DNA of 64,000 bases from Monocercomonoides exilis PA203. Taxonomy: Eukaryota > Protista > Preaxostyla. Positions 1-11,808 of this stretch are shown here, one piece after another. Location: NCBI GenBank assembly GCA_001643675.2, contig LSRY02000011.1, forward strand, positions 1,240,001 through 1,304,000, in the 5' to 3' direction. Position numbers and translations under genes: made by a program. Below the pieces are notes generated by a model. The model was not told the origin of the DNA, made no database searches, and worked only from the letters and a program-made list of their open reading frames with translations. The first letter of the stretch is position 1. Each line of letters starts with the position of its first letter.

Positions 1-557
1 TCAAAATATTGCGTTGTTGATATTCAATTCATTATAATGTAATATTGACAAAATGCTTCATGAACAATTTATTCTTTGATTAAACTGAATAATTTTTAAT
101 GAGCAAAAATCAACAAAGACCATTTCAAATATAATTAATGCGAACATTGTGCAATCAAATGAAGATAATTTGCATTTTCTTTTTATTAATTCGTATTTAT
201 CTTCATTGATCAATTCTTTTTTCGATAAATGTTATATTTTTCAAATTGAAAACTCTTTTTCACAACTTTTCACTCAAATGCATATTATCCATAGAGAATT
301 TATACCAACATGTGCAGCTTATGCGAAAATTGGAACCAGATATGCAAAAATAATCAAATCTTTCATTTTCAATTTCAGAATAAACCACAAGAAATTGAAC
401 AAACTATCTTTTGAAGTGATATTATTCGAGAAGAAAATAATCATTTAATACATTTTGTCTTCTGAAGTTTAAAAAGAACAACTGAAACATGAAAAAATCG
501 AATCATATCCTATGAATCAAAGTTGACTTTAAAATGTGGAAATAATCAAAAATTAAA

Positions 558-631
558 CGAGCTAGGCAGGACTTGAACCTGCAACCTCCTGATCCGTAGT
601 CAGGTGCTCTATCCAATTGAGCCACTAGCCC
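558..631 (-). tRNA. tRNA-Arg(ACG)
   Basis: Reverse complement GGGCTAGTGGCTCAATTGGATAGAGCACCTGACTACGGATCAGGAGGTTGCAGGTTCAAGTCCTGCCTAGCTCG folds as a cloverleaf. Anticodon arm is CCTGA-CTACGGA-TCAGG; T-loop GGTTCAAGTCC. Confidence 0.96.
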
Positions 632-1071
632 TTGTGATGAAAAGGTATTTTGGTTATATGTTTAAAAATTAATATTTTAATTCAAAATTGAATACATTAT
701 ATGTCTTTTATTCATTTCAATCTTTTTTTTGTATTTGATTTTGCTTATTTTTTCAGAGTTTTAATAAATAATATTCAGTTGAAACTATCTTTGTGAGTTA
801 TTCAAACTGGTAATTATATCAGTTAGTGCAGTTAGACACGTCAATTACGTGGTATTTTGGTGCTGTCTGTCAGTTTTTTATGTTGATCTGTCGAAAATTT
901 ACGTTGATAAAACATTAAATGATATTTTTTCACACAAACGTTAATATCATCGATGCTTAACCTGCACCCTTGTGCAAAAACCGCTCTTTTGCAACAAAGT
1001 TTAATACACATATTTTTGAGATATTTTCCATTGATTTCTTTATGTTCGTTTCAAAAGAATGAAAAGAATAT

Positions 1072-1291
1072 GGCTAATTTTTTTGTAAACTTCCTTTTGA
1101 TCAAATATCATATTTTGATCAAATTTCTGTTCCCATTCATGAAATTTCTATGTCATGAAAACAAAATATTGACATTGGTATTATTTCCCTTTCAGAAAAG
1201 TTACGAAAGTGTGAACAGAAAATTGATGAAAATATGAAATTTTTGTTTAATTAGAAAATTAAACAAAAGGAAGCTTTCAAAAAAATTAGCC
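1072..1291. mobile_element. Palindromic MITE, GG termini, 4-bp TSD ATAT
   Basis: ATAT|GGCTAATTTTTTTG...CAAAAAAATTAGCC|ATAT. Similar internal sequence to the copies at 6630 and 47747. Confidence 0.75.
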
Positions 1292-1415
1292 ATATATGAA
1301 TGAAATGAAATGACTGTACAAAAAATGCTCTGCCAAAGTTAATATATTGTTAAATATTCATCTTCAAATTAACTTAAAACAGTGTATTTTCCATTGTTGC
1401 AAGGACTTAGGATAG

Positions 1416-1612
<197 letters not shown>

Positions 1613-3469
1613 CGACGTGACTATGAAGAATTAAACTTTTATCGACATTCAATTTCTTTTTAACAAAAAGCTGGCAAAACTGCTCTTTGAATTTGTTTTT
1701 CCTTTTGATATTTTCTTCTTTCATCAGAGTCATTTTCTCCATTCGTATCATCGTTGTTTATTTTGTCGATTATCTTTTTCTTTTTCTGATTTATTTCTCT
1801 TTTATCTTCATCTGAAGAAGAGCTTGTCAAAATAATGTTGAATTCTTCAATAGAATGCTTGGTTTTGAGAGTTGAAAAAGTCGAAGAAGCTTTTGATTTT
1901 TCGGCATAAGTGTAACAAAATACCTCCTCCAATTTCATGATTTCATTTATGATAATAAGTGGGAATGAATAACATAAAAAAACAACACTTTTGGGTGGAG
2001 CAGTTTTTTGTGATATCAACAAAAATTTCATAAATAAATTTTTGTGATCTGTCCCATAATTAAATTTTTATTTCAATCTTTTTTGCTTAATACTTTCATG
2101 CCTGTGAATTGAAAGTTTATCTTTAAATATGATAACACAATACTAAAATACTTCACAATTGAGGTTTGAAATTTGCACTTTATCTCTGTTTTTTAGTATT
2201 ATTCGATTTTTTTTTTAAATTCACCTAAATGGCAACTTCCTTTTATTCATAAAAATTATTTTTGTATATTTAAATCTTTTGAATGCTTTAGAAGTTGTTG
2301 TATAACATATTAAAGTTGTCTTTCGATTTTTAAAAAAGTGAAAAACCATGTTTATTTGGAGTCTATTTTTTTTGTGAGAAAGATTATTTTAGAAATAAAA
2401 TCAAATATTTTTGTTTCATTTGATTAAACATTTATATACAAATATTGGAAATATGTTTATCAGCTCATTTTTTTCTTATATGATCGTTACATTAAGTGAT
2501 TAATAATTAAGGAATTTTCATAAGAAAGTTTGGTCAAGATGATTCTTTTCTATATTGCATAAAGTTAAATGTTTAAATTGAAAAACTTTTGAAAATTAGA
2601 ATATTTATCATATACAAAAACAGAAATAAATGATGCAATTTTTATTTTTTTATTGTGATGAAAAAACATTTTCTTTTTTTTACCTCAAGAAAATGACGAA
2701 AAATTAGAAGTTTCAAACACCTATTGACACATTTCCATAAATGAAAATATTAAAACTGGCCACATCATAAATTATTTCATTTCGTCCATCTTTTTCATTT
2801 TTTCATCTTTTCTGACAGAATACTTATTATTTCCTTTCTTTTGCTTCAACTTTTTTGTCTCCTTATTAATCTCTTTTTCTGATAGAACACATGATATTAT
2901 AAAATTAAACTATTTTTATTTAATGAAATGTGTTGAACATAAACATGAAGCGAACTTGAATGTGTTTGAATGAAAGAAATAGCTGAACATAAGAGGCAAC
3001 AGAGCGAGTGTTTGCAAAAAGATACAGCAACAGGCGTTTCCTTTTCCACATTTGTAACTTCCATTATTCTATCAAACTCATCCACTCTTGCCTTGTTGCT
3101 GTATAGCTTCCTCGCGAAATTGCGATCTGCAAAGCTCACAGAATGTCTCATTGTGGACTGAACTTCTCTTCTTCCCAAGTTTTCACTTCACAAGGATAAT
3201 CAGTGGATCCACTTGAAGAGTTCGTAGCGTGGAGGGACTTCTTTTTGATGTAAAAATCAATAACTCACAGGTACATGGCCTCATTTAGCAAGCAGAATCT
3301 GTGCGAAGGACAAATTTCGCTCTGAATGAAGGGTTTTCGAGGGAGGTGGGAGAACCAATATTCAGGGGAGTGGGCATTGGAGAAGAAGAAAGGAATTATG
3401 GACGAAACAGAAGATCACGAAGAAGTCGAAGAAGGAAAATTGAAGATCTGAATGAGAGCGGAGGAGAGA

Positions 3470-3650
3470 AGGAAGAGGAGAAGGAAGAGGAAGAGGAAGA
3501 GGAAGAGGAAGAGGAAGAGGAAGAGGAAGAGGAAGAAGATAGAAGAAGATAGAAGAAGATAGAAGAAGATAGAAGAAGATAGAAGAAGATAGAAGAAGAT
3601 AGAAGAAGATAGAAGAAGATAGAAGAAGAAGAAGAAGAAGAAGAAGAAGA
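3470..3650. repeat. Purine tandem repeats (GAAGAG)n and (GAAGATAGAA)n
   Basis: Directly visible inside the cargo of the Pack element. Confidence 0.9.
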
Positions 3651-3659
3651 GTTGGAAGA

Positions 3660-4590
3660 GTCAAAGTTTAAGAATAAAAAATGATGATGTGCATGAATTT
3701 GTGTTTATGAACATCATATGAAGATTCAAACGATGGAGCAATTGTTCCATTTCCAGAGATTTTTGCAGCAGTCGCACTGAAAGAGAGCGTTTGAGTGGGA
3801 ACAAATATTGAGGTGAGAAGAGAGAGGGAGACATCACTGAAGGGAGCAATGCACCTGAGAGTAAACTCGATTGTATCACGCGGGCTTTCCTGCGTTCGAC
3901 CATATGTATTGACGTCATTTCCGTTGTTTCCAACTATTTTGTTCTGGTTGATGAGATAAAGCCAGCTATTGTGCACGGCGTTGTCAGCTGTTCCTGCATT
4001 CCAGACTCTTTTTGTTGGGGTAGTTGATCCACACTAATTGAATGGGGATTGAGTGACGCTGCTGCCATTGTAAAAGGCATCGTTTCCCTTGCTATTAGTA
4101 GCTGTGTTGCCATCAAAGAAACAGAATGTGATGAATTTTATGCAATTCATCCAAGAGAAAGTTCCATCAAAGTATATTCCTGCTCCGCCATAAGTTGATG
4201 ATGAAGTTAACTTATTATTTATAAATCGGCAATCATTGACCAAAAATTGATTTGGTTTATTTTGTGAAGGTCAATTGAATGTGAGAGAACAAGCCGCATT
4301 TCCTCCAGTACTAGCTATACACTTTCATTTGGAAAATAGAAATTTTCCGTTTGATGGAAAATCACCACACGGTAAACACTAACCAGTTCAACACAAATCT
4401 GTTATTGAACTATTTTCCACTCTGTTATCTGATAATAACCGAACAGAACTCGTTAAAGGATTTGTAATTTTTGATGCCCCTCCATGTGATGCCAGACAAT
4501 TTTGAAATTGGATTTTGTAATTTCAATTTTCACAAACTTTTGCAATATAACGCTCCGGAATGATCTTTTACTGAACATTTGTTGAATAAC
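3660..4590 (-). pseudogene. Captured, disrupted fragment of the receptor-like pseudokinase family (paralog of 33164-42307)
   Basis: CRFINNKLTSSSTYGGAGIYF..KFITFCFFDGNTA..GNDAFYNGSSVTQSPF matches CQFIDNKLTDSLTYGGAAIYF..KFITFCFFDGNTA..GNDVFFNGNSITQSPF in the 3062-aa ORF. Contains stops and frameshifts. Confidence 0.85.
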
Positions 4591-6629
4591 CAAGAAAATT
4601 CCACGAAAATTACATTTTTAAAACAAAAAAATAACGTTTTAAAACAATGATAAAGTGCAAATTTCAAACCTCAATTGTGAAGTATTTTAGTATTGTGTTA
4701 TCATATTTAAAGATAAACTTTCAATTCACAGGCATGAAAGTATTAAGCAAAAAAGATTGAAATAAAAATTTAATTATGGGACAGATCACAAAAATTTATT
4801 TATGAAATTTTTGTTGATATCACAAAAAACTGCTCCACCCAAAAGTGTTGTTTTTTTATGTTATTCATTCCCACTTATTATCATAAATGAAATCATGAAA
4901 TTGGAGGAGGTATTTTGTTTCACTTATGCCGATTTTTCAATTTCTTAATATTTCGATCGAAGTTATGCAAGATGCTTTTTGTATCTTCAAGTTGTTTCTT
5001 CAAATCATAGCTATCCAAATCTTCAGTAATTGTTGTTGAATGTGATTCGTGCTCATCGGCGAAGAAAAAGAACTTGATATGTTTGATAAAGTTTATTTTG
5101 TCAAGAAAGTTATTTCTGCAAAATCAAAAACTCATGTTTTCTATGAAGCTGAAATTCTTTGCCTTTTTGTTTGAGAATAATTTCCTTTAAGTTTATCATA
5201 CCAATCTTGAGACGAAGAATGAAGATTTTCTTTCAATGCAGAGGTTTCTATTGGTGCTCCTACTACTCTGGAGAGCACAGGGGCTGCAGCAACAGGCCAG
5301 ACTCCTATCTTTAGAAATGCTGCTTACACAGCTGATGGAACACAAGCTGCCACCATGGCTTTGGGGAGAATATCTGCAAGTTGAGCTCGATGAGTAGGGA
5401 GGGAGAATGAAGACGGAATGACGAATTTTTGTCCGATATCTTTTATGGTAAAGAAAAAATTTAGGAATAGTATGGTTGATGCAAGTGTGTCATATTTGGT
5501 GGGATTTTTTTCAGAATGATGTTGTATTTTTTTAAGCTGCTTCAATTACAGTTTCGTCATTGTGAGTCGAATGATTATCCATTAATAAAAGAACACGATG
5601 AGAACTTGTAGGTTTCACTTTCTCTACGATTTATGGAATCCAGTAATTAATCATGATGTTCTTGAAGATGTCCTAAGTGATCTACCCGGAAGATGAAAAA
5701 ATATATCTGATATCAAACAACGAAAGAGAACAAAACTCTGTCGGGAGTATTATTTTTGCCAAAGAAGAAAACTTGATAACGAAGATCCGTCAGTGCAGGC
5801 ACAGAGGGATATTGTTGCATTCGGTACTTTTGGAGGCGATGGAACGCCTGGAGGAGTTTGATCTTTGAAGCAAACAACCAATTTTGACGAAGATTCCCCG
5901 CAAGTGATCGAAGGTTCGTCGAAATTGTATATGTCGGATGATGTGATGTTATAGTCTGAAATTAAATCTGACAGATCCGAAAACCATCCTCTGATGTTTT
6001 CTGGCTACTGCGCTGATATTTTTGCAACATCCGTATGCCTTGCGATAGCAGCCTTCAATATATAACTTCGTTGAATAAATTTGTACACATATTTATTGTT
6101 GACTGTTTTCGATTCATTTTTTGTTTTTGACTCATTTTCAATAAGATCCACACACTGAAACGTTCAAAAAAGTTAAAAAACCATGTAAATAAATATTACA
6201 AATCGTGTTTTGCACATCTCGAATTCGAACAATTGTTTGCTCAGACAATAGGACAAGCCCCTGGTTTTCAATTGTTTCCAACTGGTTATCTGTGAATGTT
6301 TGTGGATGTCCATTCCTTCCGACCTCTCTTCCTGCTTTCTCCGCTATTATCCCTCGTTTCCAAGCATCCTTTGATATTTCTTTGGATTTCATTGCAGTTA
6401 CATATTTCACTTTGAAATTTTGTCGAAACGCGAACAGCTTTTTTGATAGGGATTTGAACATACGAAATTCCCTTGTTGCCAGAACTCTGTGTAATTGAGA
6501 TGATGATAATTCTGTTTTTTCTTTCATCAAAATTGGTAATGATCAATTTCTCCAGAATTATCAAAATTAATTTGTCTGCTATAGGCAATTCTTTTCAGAC
6601 GCACGGTTTGATATTTTGTGAATAATTAT

Positions 6630-6867
6630 GGCAAATTTTTTAGAAAAATTCCTTTTGTTTGATTTGCAAATAAAATAAAATTTTCATATTTTTATCATTT
6701 TTTTGTTCCCACTAATAAAACTTCACTGAAATGAAAATAATACCAATATCAAGATTTTTTTTCTTGACAGGAAAATTTGGTGAGTGGGAACAGAAATTTG
6801 ATTGAAAAACGAAATTTTAATTTTATTAGAAAATAAAACAAAAGGAACTTTTCAAAAAAATTTAGGC
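6630..6867. mobile_element. Degenerate copy of the GGC palindromic MITE
   Basis: GGCAAATTTTTTAGAAAAATTCCTTTTG...CAAAAGGAACTTTTCAAAAAAATTTAGGC, similar to the 1072 and 47747 copies. TSD is degenerate. Confidence 0.65.
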
Positions 6868-6888
6868 ATTTGAAAAATTCAATAATTG

Positions 6889-8005
6889 TCAAATAAAGAA
6901 AAATAAGCCTCTCATTCCCTCGATATTAAAAGAAATGTTGGGTTCTTTGGAAATTCTTGGATTGAGTCTATTCTTCAATTCGGTTATGTTTCTTTCATTC
7001 GCTCTTCTTTTTGTATCTTTCCTTTCAGCATTCTCCCTCATAATATCTTTCAAAATTCGAGTGTAAGCTTCAGAATCACTGAATGTTTGTGGATTATGTT
7101 GTATATGAACATTTGTTTGACAATAGGCAACCAAAAAATAATCTGAAATTTTTGATTCGTCAAAAACAAACTGACGACGAAAAAAAATGAACAACGTTTT
7201 CAACCTTCCAAAAAATCTTTCAACAACTCTGTGAGAAACTAATTCTGGAGTTTCAATAGGCTTTGTCACCATCGTTTCTTGTTCGGGCTTTGCACCAATG
7301 TTTGCTGAAACTGCCAGAATTTTTGCTCCTCCAAGTTGTTATTGAAAAGTTGGATAACGATCCTTAAACATTGTGAAGTCATGAGTATAACCTGTGGACA
7401 CAGAAATGACAGTACTGAGTGTTCACAATGTGGGATTGACACCCACCTCCGATTTTACTCAAAACATATGATGTTTTCCACTGGAATTTTTTTTTCCATA
7501 TTTCAATTATCCTCATGGGCGATTTATTGTATTAACCATGCAATCAATAACAACGCTAACATTTTCATATCCTGTTATTCTTTCTGGTCTGAATGAAACG
7601 GCAATTGCAAAAGTTGATTTTTCAAAATATCAACAAATGAATGAAAAATATAAACTTCTGACGTTTGAAATGAATTTCTTGGCTTTGCATGAAAAGGAGT
7701 TAATACACAAGATCCATGATAAAAAAAGTTGAGATAGAAAAGAGTTGCTCTTCAAGAGAATAAATTGCTTTTGTTTTTTCTTGTTGATGGTGTGAACAAT
7801 CAGAAAGAAAACATAAAATAATGTTAAATTCTGAAGGAGCTTAGCCTGTCAGTCGTAAAAATGAAATTTATATGTCTGTTAATTATTTGAATGCAAAATC
7901 ATATACACTTCGAGAAACTGAATGTTCTTCATCATGATATTGATTTGGAATGATGTTCCTTTGCTCCAAATGTACCAAAATTGAAAATAAAGGATTTTGA
8001 GACAT
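6889..8005 (-). pseudogene. Decayed DDE_Tnp_4 (PHIS/Harbinger-like) transposase
   Basis: HRVVERFFGRLKTLF and the N-terminus MSQNPLFSILVHLEQRNII are homologous to the 13457 ORF. Multiple frameshifts. Confidence 0.85.
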
Positions 8006-8027
8006 GATACATTTTTCGAAATATTTA

Positions 8028-9328
8028 GGCATGACTTCCGATCATGGCATCCGTTTCAATCAAACCCTTAAAAAAACAAAAAAATATTTTGTTTTCTTAT
8101 TTTTTTCAATAAGCTTTGAAATGTATAATTTCGTGCAAACAAATAAAAGCTCAAATAATTAAATTGCATCAGATTCTTCCCAACTGGAAGCTTTAACTCC
8201 GTCATCTTCCGTTTTTATCTCAATCGAATAAACTGTTGCATCTATGTCATCTGTTTCAACGGATGAAATGCTGCTTGTTGCAGTTTCAGTTTCATCTTCA
8301 TTTATTTTATTAACTTCATCGTATGTTTTCTCATATCTCTCTTAATTATATTCAAAAACAATTTCAAATAACTTCTGTATTGAAATTTTCTCTATTTTTA
8401 TCAATATGAATGTGGCAATGAAATTTTCAATGTGACACAAGCTTGTTCAATTTAATGGCAAATACCTTCTTAACCTTCTTCAGATAGCTTCGATGTTATT
8501 TGTATGACAGTTTGTTATTTCATTTTTAAATTCTATGCAATGATCAACTGTTTCGTGCTCAAAACCAAGCTCTAACACCTTTTAGAAGGCCTCCTAACAA
8601 TCTGAATATATCATTGTCCCAGGCTCAACGGTTTTTGTAATTATATTAAGCAAAGTTTTTGAATCCTTTTTTTTCACTGGAATTATTAATACTTTATTTC
8701 CCAAAGGATTGTTTTTTCAAACATTTCAAATATCCAAATCTGCTTTTCAGATCTGCACCTATAATTCTTCCTTTTCCGAAACAAACACTCGTCCAATTCG
8801 ATAACCTTTCCAACACCTCCAAATTTTTTTTTTAAGCAGAATTCCGAATAACAAGCTTGTTGGCAAATTGTCAAAAATTTCACCGTGATTTTTTCACCAA
8901 GACCTGTAAGAGATCTTGTCTGAAGCTGCTACAGGACTAAGTGAAATAACAAAATAGTAAGTTATATAAATTCAATTTTTACTTTTGCATGGCAAAAAAA
9001 GGAGTATTTATTAAAATCGAATAATTGTATTTGTATTTTCAGCAATGATAGAAAAATCCTCCTGTAGGATATGATTAGAAATACATATCATAGTTGCATT
9101 TAGAGAATTTCTTTGAATTGGAGATTGTTTTATGATTGAATAACCAGTGCAAACTGCTTTCACTGTTGCTGAATGTTTTTAATAAGATATGAGGAGAATT
9201 TATTTCTGTTGAAATTTCCTCAATTTCCATTATTCTGAACAAATTGAGGAAGCAAAAAATTCAATAAGAATATTTTAATTATGTTTTTGGGACAGATCAA
9301 AAAGGATTCCATGTTCGACGGTCATGCC
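8028..9328 (-). mobile_element. Merlin/IS1595-type DNA transposon with decayed transposase
   Basis: TIRs GGCATGACTTCCGATCATGGCATCC and GGATTCCATGTTCGACGGTCATGCC. Perfect 8-bp TSD AATATTTA at 8020-8027 and 9329-9336. Internal GGVGKVIELDECLFRKRK..QIWIF is an ISXO2-type motif. Confidence 0.88.
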
Positions 9329-9502
9329 AATATTTATTAATAACAATTTTGATCATTATTTCAATTCTAATAAAATGAGCATTACCACGAATTTCTGAAT
9401 TATTAATTGATTTAATCAAAACTGATTTGATCACAGATAAATAGAACTAAATCAATATATTTCATATAGAATATATTCAAATTGAAAAACACTAATAAAT
9501 AT

Positions 9503-9757
9503 GGGTGATTATTTTTGAAATCATATTTTTTCATTAAAAAAATTCGGTTCGAAATTTTCACTTGAACATTAACAAAAGAACAATGAAAGGTGATAATGCT
9601 CATGAAAGATATCTTCTTCTTTATATTAACTAAAAAATTTGTTTTTTAAACAGTAATGATAGTTTTTGCATTTGAATTCAAAATCTCTTCCCAATGATAA
9701 GCTGTCTTTGAAAAAACAACACACCGAAAAAAGTTATGATTTCAAAAATTATCACCC
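9503..9757. mobile_element. MITE with GGGTGAT TIRs, 4-bp TSD ATAT
   Basis: ATAT|GGGTGATTATTTTTGAAATCAT...ATGATTTCAAAAATTATCACCC|ATAT. Second copy at 48188. Confidence 0.8.
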
Positions 9758-10020
9758 ATATAGTTTAGCTCTATTTTTAAAAAAATCCAAAAACATTTTT
9801 AAAAACTTTTTTTTCGTAAAAATTGGGAAGAATTAACTTAAAAAGAACATTCATAAAGACAATTTATACAATTTATTCATTGATAATGAGATTTTTCCCC
9901 AATAGTGAGGGATTTAACCCGGTGCCAGAATTTAACCCGGTACCTCTTTTTCAATGATTACATTTTCGAAAATTTTCGATGAAAACAAATTTGTGAAAAA
10001 TGAAAAATATATATATAATA

Positions 10021-10475
10021 CTATGTGTAACAACACACGTTGGCATGAAAGAGGCATGTCTATATGATAAGTGATTTTCAAATAACAAAAATAATAAAAA
10101 TCAAAAAAATATTCTTTCTTTTTTTCAACAAATTGTGGTTATCAAAAATTTTCACATTTAGTGAGCATTTTTTTAAATTAGGCACAAATAACATTCGATT
10201 TATTTATTCAAATTGTTTCAATTGAGGCCAGATAAGAAGCAATTGAATTTTGTTCATTTCTTATCTGGCCTCAATTGAAACAATTTGAATAAATAAATCG
10301 AATGTTATTTGTGCCTAATTTAAAAAAATGCTCACTAAATGTGAAAATTTTTGATAACCACAATTTGTTGAAAAAAAGAAAGAATATTTTTTTGATTTTT
10401 ATTATTTTTGTTATTTGAAAATCACTTATCATATAGACATGCCTCTTTCATGCCAACGTGTGTTGTTACACATAG
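10021..10475. mobile_element. Perfect foldback element (TA|CTATGTGTAACAACACACG...), nested
   Basis: About 218-bp perfect inverted arms around a ~19-nt loop (~10239-10257). TA on both sides; exact ends are ambiguous because the flanks are also symmetric. Confidence 0.85.
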
Positions 10476-10485
10476 TATTATATAT

Positions 10486-10725
10486 GGGTGATTCTTTTTG
10501 AAAAGTCGCAAAAGTTGGATTATCAAATAAATCAAAAAATTCATATTTTGCTCAAATTTTTGTTAACACACACCAAACTTCACTAACATGGAATCAATAT
10601 CTTGATAAAGCTATTTCAAACATTCTTAAGAAGATTCGTGAGTGGAAACAGAAATTCGAGCAAAATATGAAATTATTGATTTATTTGAAAATTAAACATT
10701 TGTGACTTTTCAAAAAGAATCACCC
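10486..10725. mobile_element. 240-bp MITE GGGTGATTCTTTTTGAAAAGTC, TSD ATAT, nested
   Basis: TIRs and 4-bp TSD are visible. A same-length relative lies at 45268-45507. Confidence 0.85.
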
Positions 10726-10836
10726 ATATATATTTTTCATTTTTCACAAATTTGTTTTCATCGAAAATTTTCGAAAATGTAATCATTGAAAAAGAGGTAC
10801 CGGGTTAAATTCTGGCACCGGGTTAAATCCCTCACT

Positions 10837-11806
10837 AGAACTTGATTGATTTGACTTCGTCAAGTGGCATTAGATCGGTCAACATACAATAAGATCGATC
10901 TAATGCCATTAAGATGCAGTCAAATTGGATGTGACTCAGTAACATCCGATCATTTCCATTCTGGGTGTCATGATCAAAATATTTTTATTAAAAAAATTAT
11001 AATTTATATTAATAAAATGCGTTTTATTTTATATCATTTTGATTGAATTTAATTATTTTTCCTTCTAAAAAGTTTTTTATTATGCAAGTTTTTTAAAATT
11101 ATTGCAGTTATGCGAAAAAACCTTGAAATTCTAATTATTTTTGTTCGAGAATGATTATTGGTGATTTACAAAAATGATATAAGTTAATTTCATTTCATTT
11201 TTCAATCTTTAGAACAAGTTTCATTTGTTTTTTGCATTTCTCAATAATTTTCTGAAAAAAGAAAAAATACAAAAAAAGAAGCTTTAGAATCAAATCTTCT
11301 TTTCTTTTTTTATTCGTAATGAAAAAATATCAAACAATGATTGATTAATAAACGCATAACACTTAAGAAAATACAAAAAAGTTTAATTTTTTATAAATAT
11401 TAAAAATTAACAAAAAAAAAGATATAAAAATGTTTGTTGTACAAAATATAAACAAATTTGGTTCAATTTCAACAATAAAAGTTAACAACTGAGTCACAAT
11501 TGCGAAATTTTGAAGTTTCAAAAAACCAGAATCAAACAAAGTAAACGACAAAAAATCTAACGAATATCAAAAAAATGTATTTTTAACAATAATATATTAA
11601 AAGTTCAATGTTCATAAGCTTTTAATAGTTAAAATATAAACAAAACAAAAAAATGCAAGATCACAAGTTGTGATCATAAAAATCACAATTTCGACCTTGG
11701 TGAGATTGAGGGAAATTCGATTAAAATTAGTTAAATTCGATAAACCAGACTAAAATCGATTTGACTGAGTCACATTTTCGCAACTCAGTCAAATCAATCA
11801 AGTTCT
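10837..11806. mobile_element. ~970-bp AGAAC-terminus non-autonomous element, copy 1 (B1)
   Basis: TIRs AGAACTTGATTGATTTGACT...AGTCAAATCAATCAAGTTCT. Colinear, highly similar second copy at 17880-18848. Confidence 0.88.
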
Positions 11807-11808
11807 AT

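Larger units (their letters stand above)
1903..4930. mobile_element. Non-autonomous Merlin-type element with 282-bp TIRs carrying a host gene fragment (Pack-type)
   Basis: Near-perfect inverted arms at 1903-2184 and 4649-4930 starting GGCATAAGTG. Perfect 8-bp TSD GATTTTTC at 1895-1902 and 4931-4938. The GGCA terminus and 8-bp TSD match the transposase-bearing Merlin at 8028-9328. Confidence 0.85.
1640..6590 (-). pseudogene. Decayed pogo/DDE_1-type transposase, interrupted by the 1903-4930 element
   Basis: The 6138-6530 segment (GREVGRNGHPQTF..QLETIE) parallels the N-terminus of the intact 16425-17800 transposase. Remnant DDE motifs (IYNFDE, LLMDN, HLHQP) lie at ~5950-5480. Stops and frameshifts are present. 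The 3' part resumes left of the 8-bp TSD at 1895. Outer limits are approximate. Confidence 0.7.
9905..10835. mobile_element. Foldback MITE related to the pogo element at 16187 (element A), TA target
   Basis: About 105-bp perfect inverted arms starting GTGAGGGATTTAACCCGGTGCCAGAATTTAACCCGG. TA-flanked. Two elements are nested at its centre. Confidence 0.88.

Noticed and set aside
632-700. Equivalent TE stack directly upstream of tRNA-Arg
   Set aside because: No recognisable TIR or TSD is adjacent to this tRNA, so targeting is not shown for it.
9903-10837. CACTA-superfamily assignment from the TAGTG...CACTA ends
   Set aside because: The orientation is the reverse of CACTA...TAGTG, and the related element encodes a pogo-type transposase.
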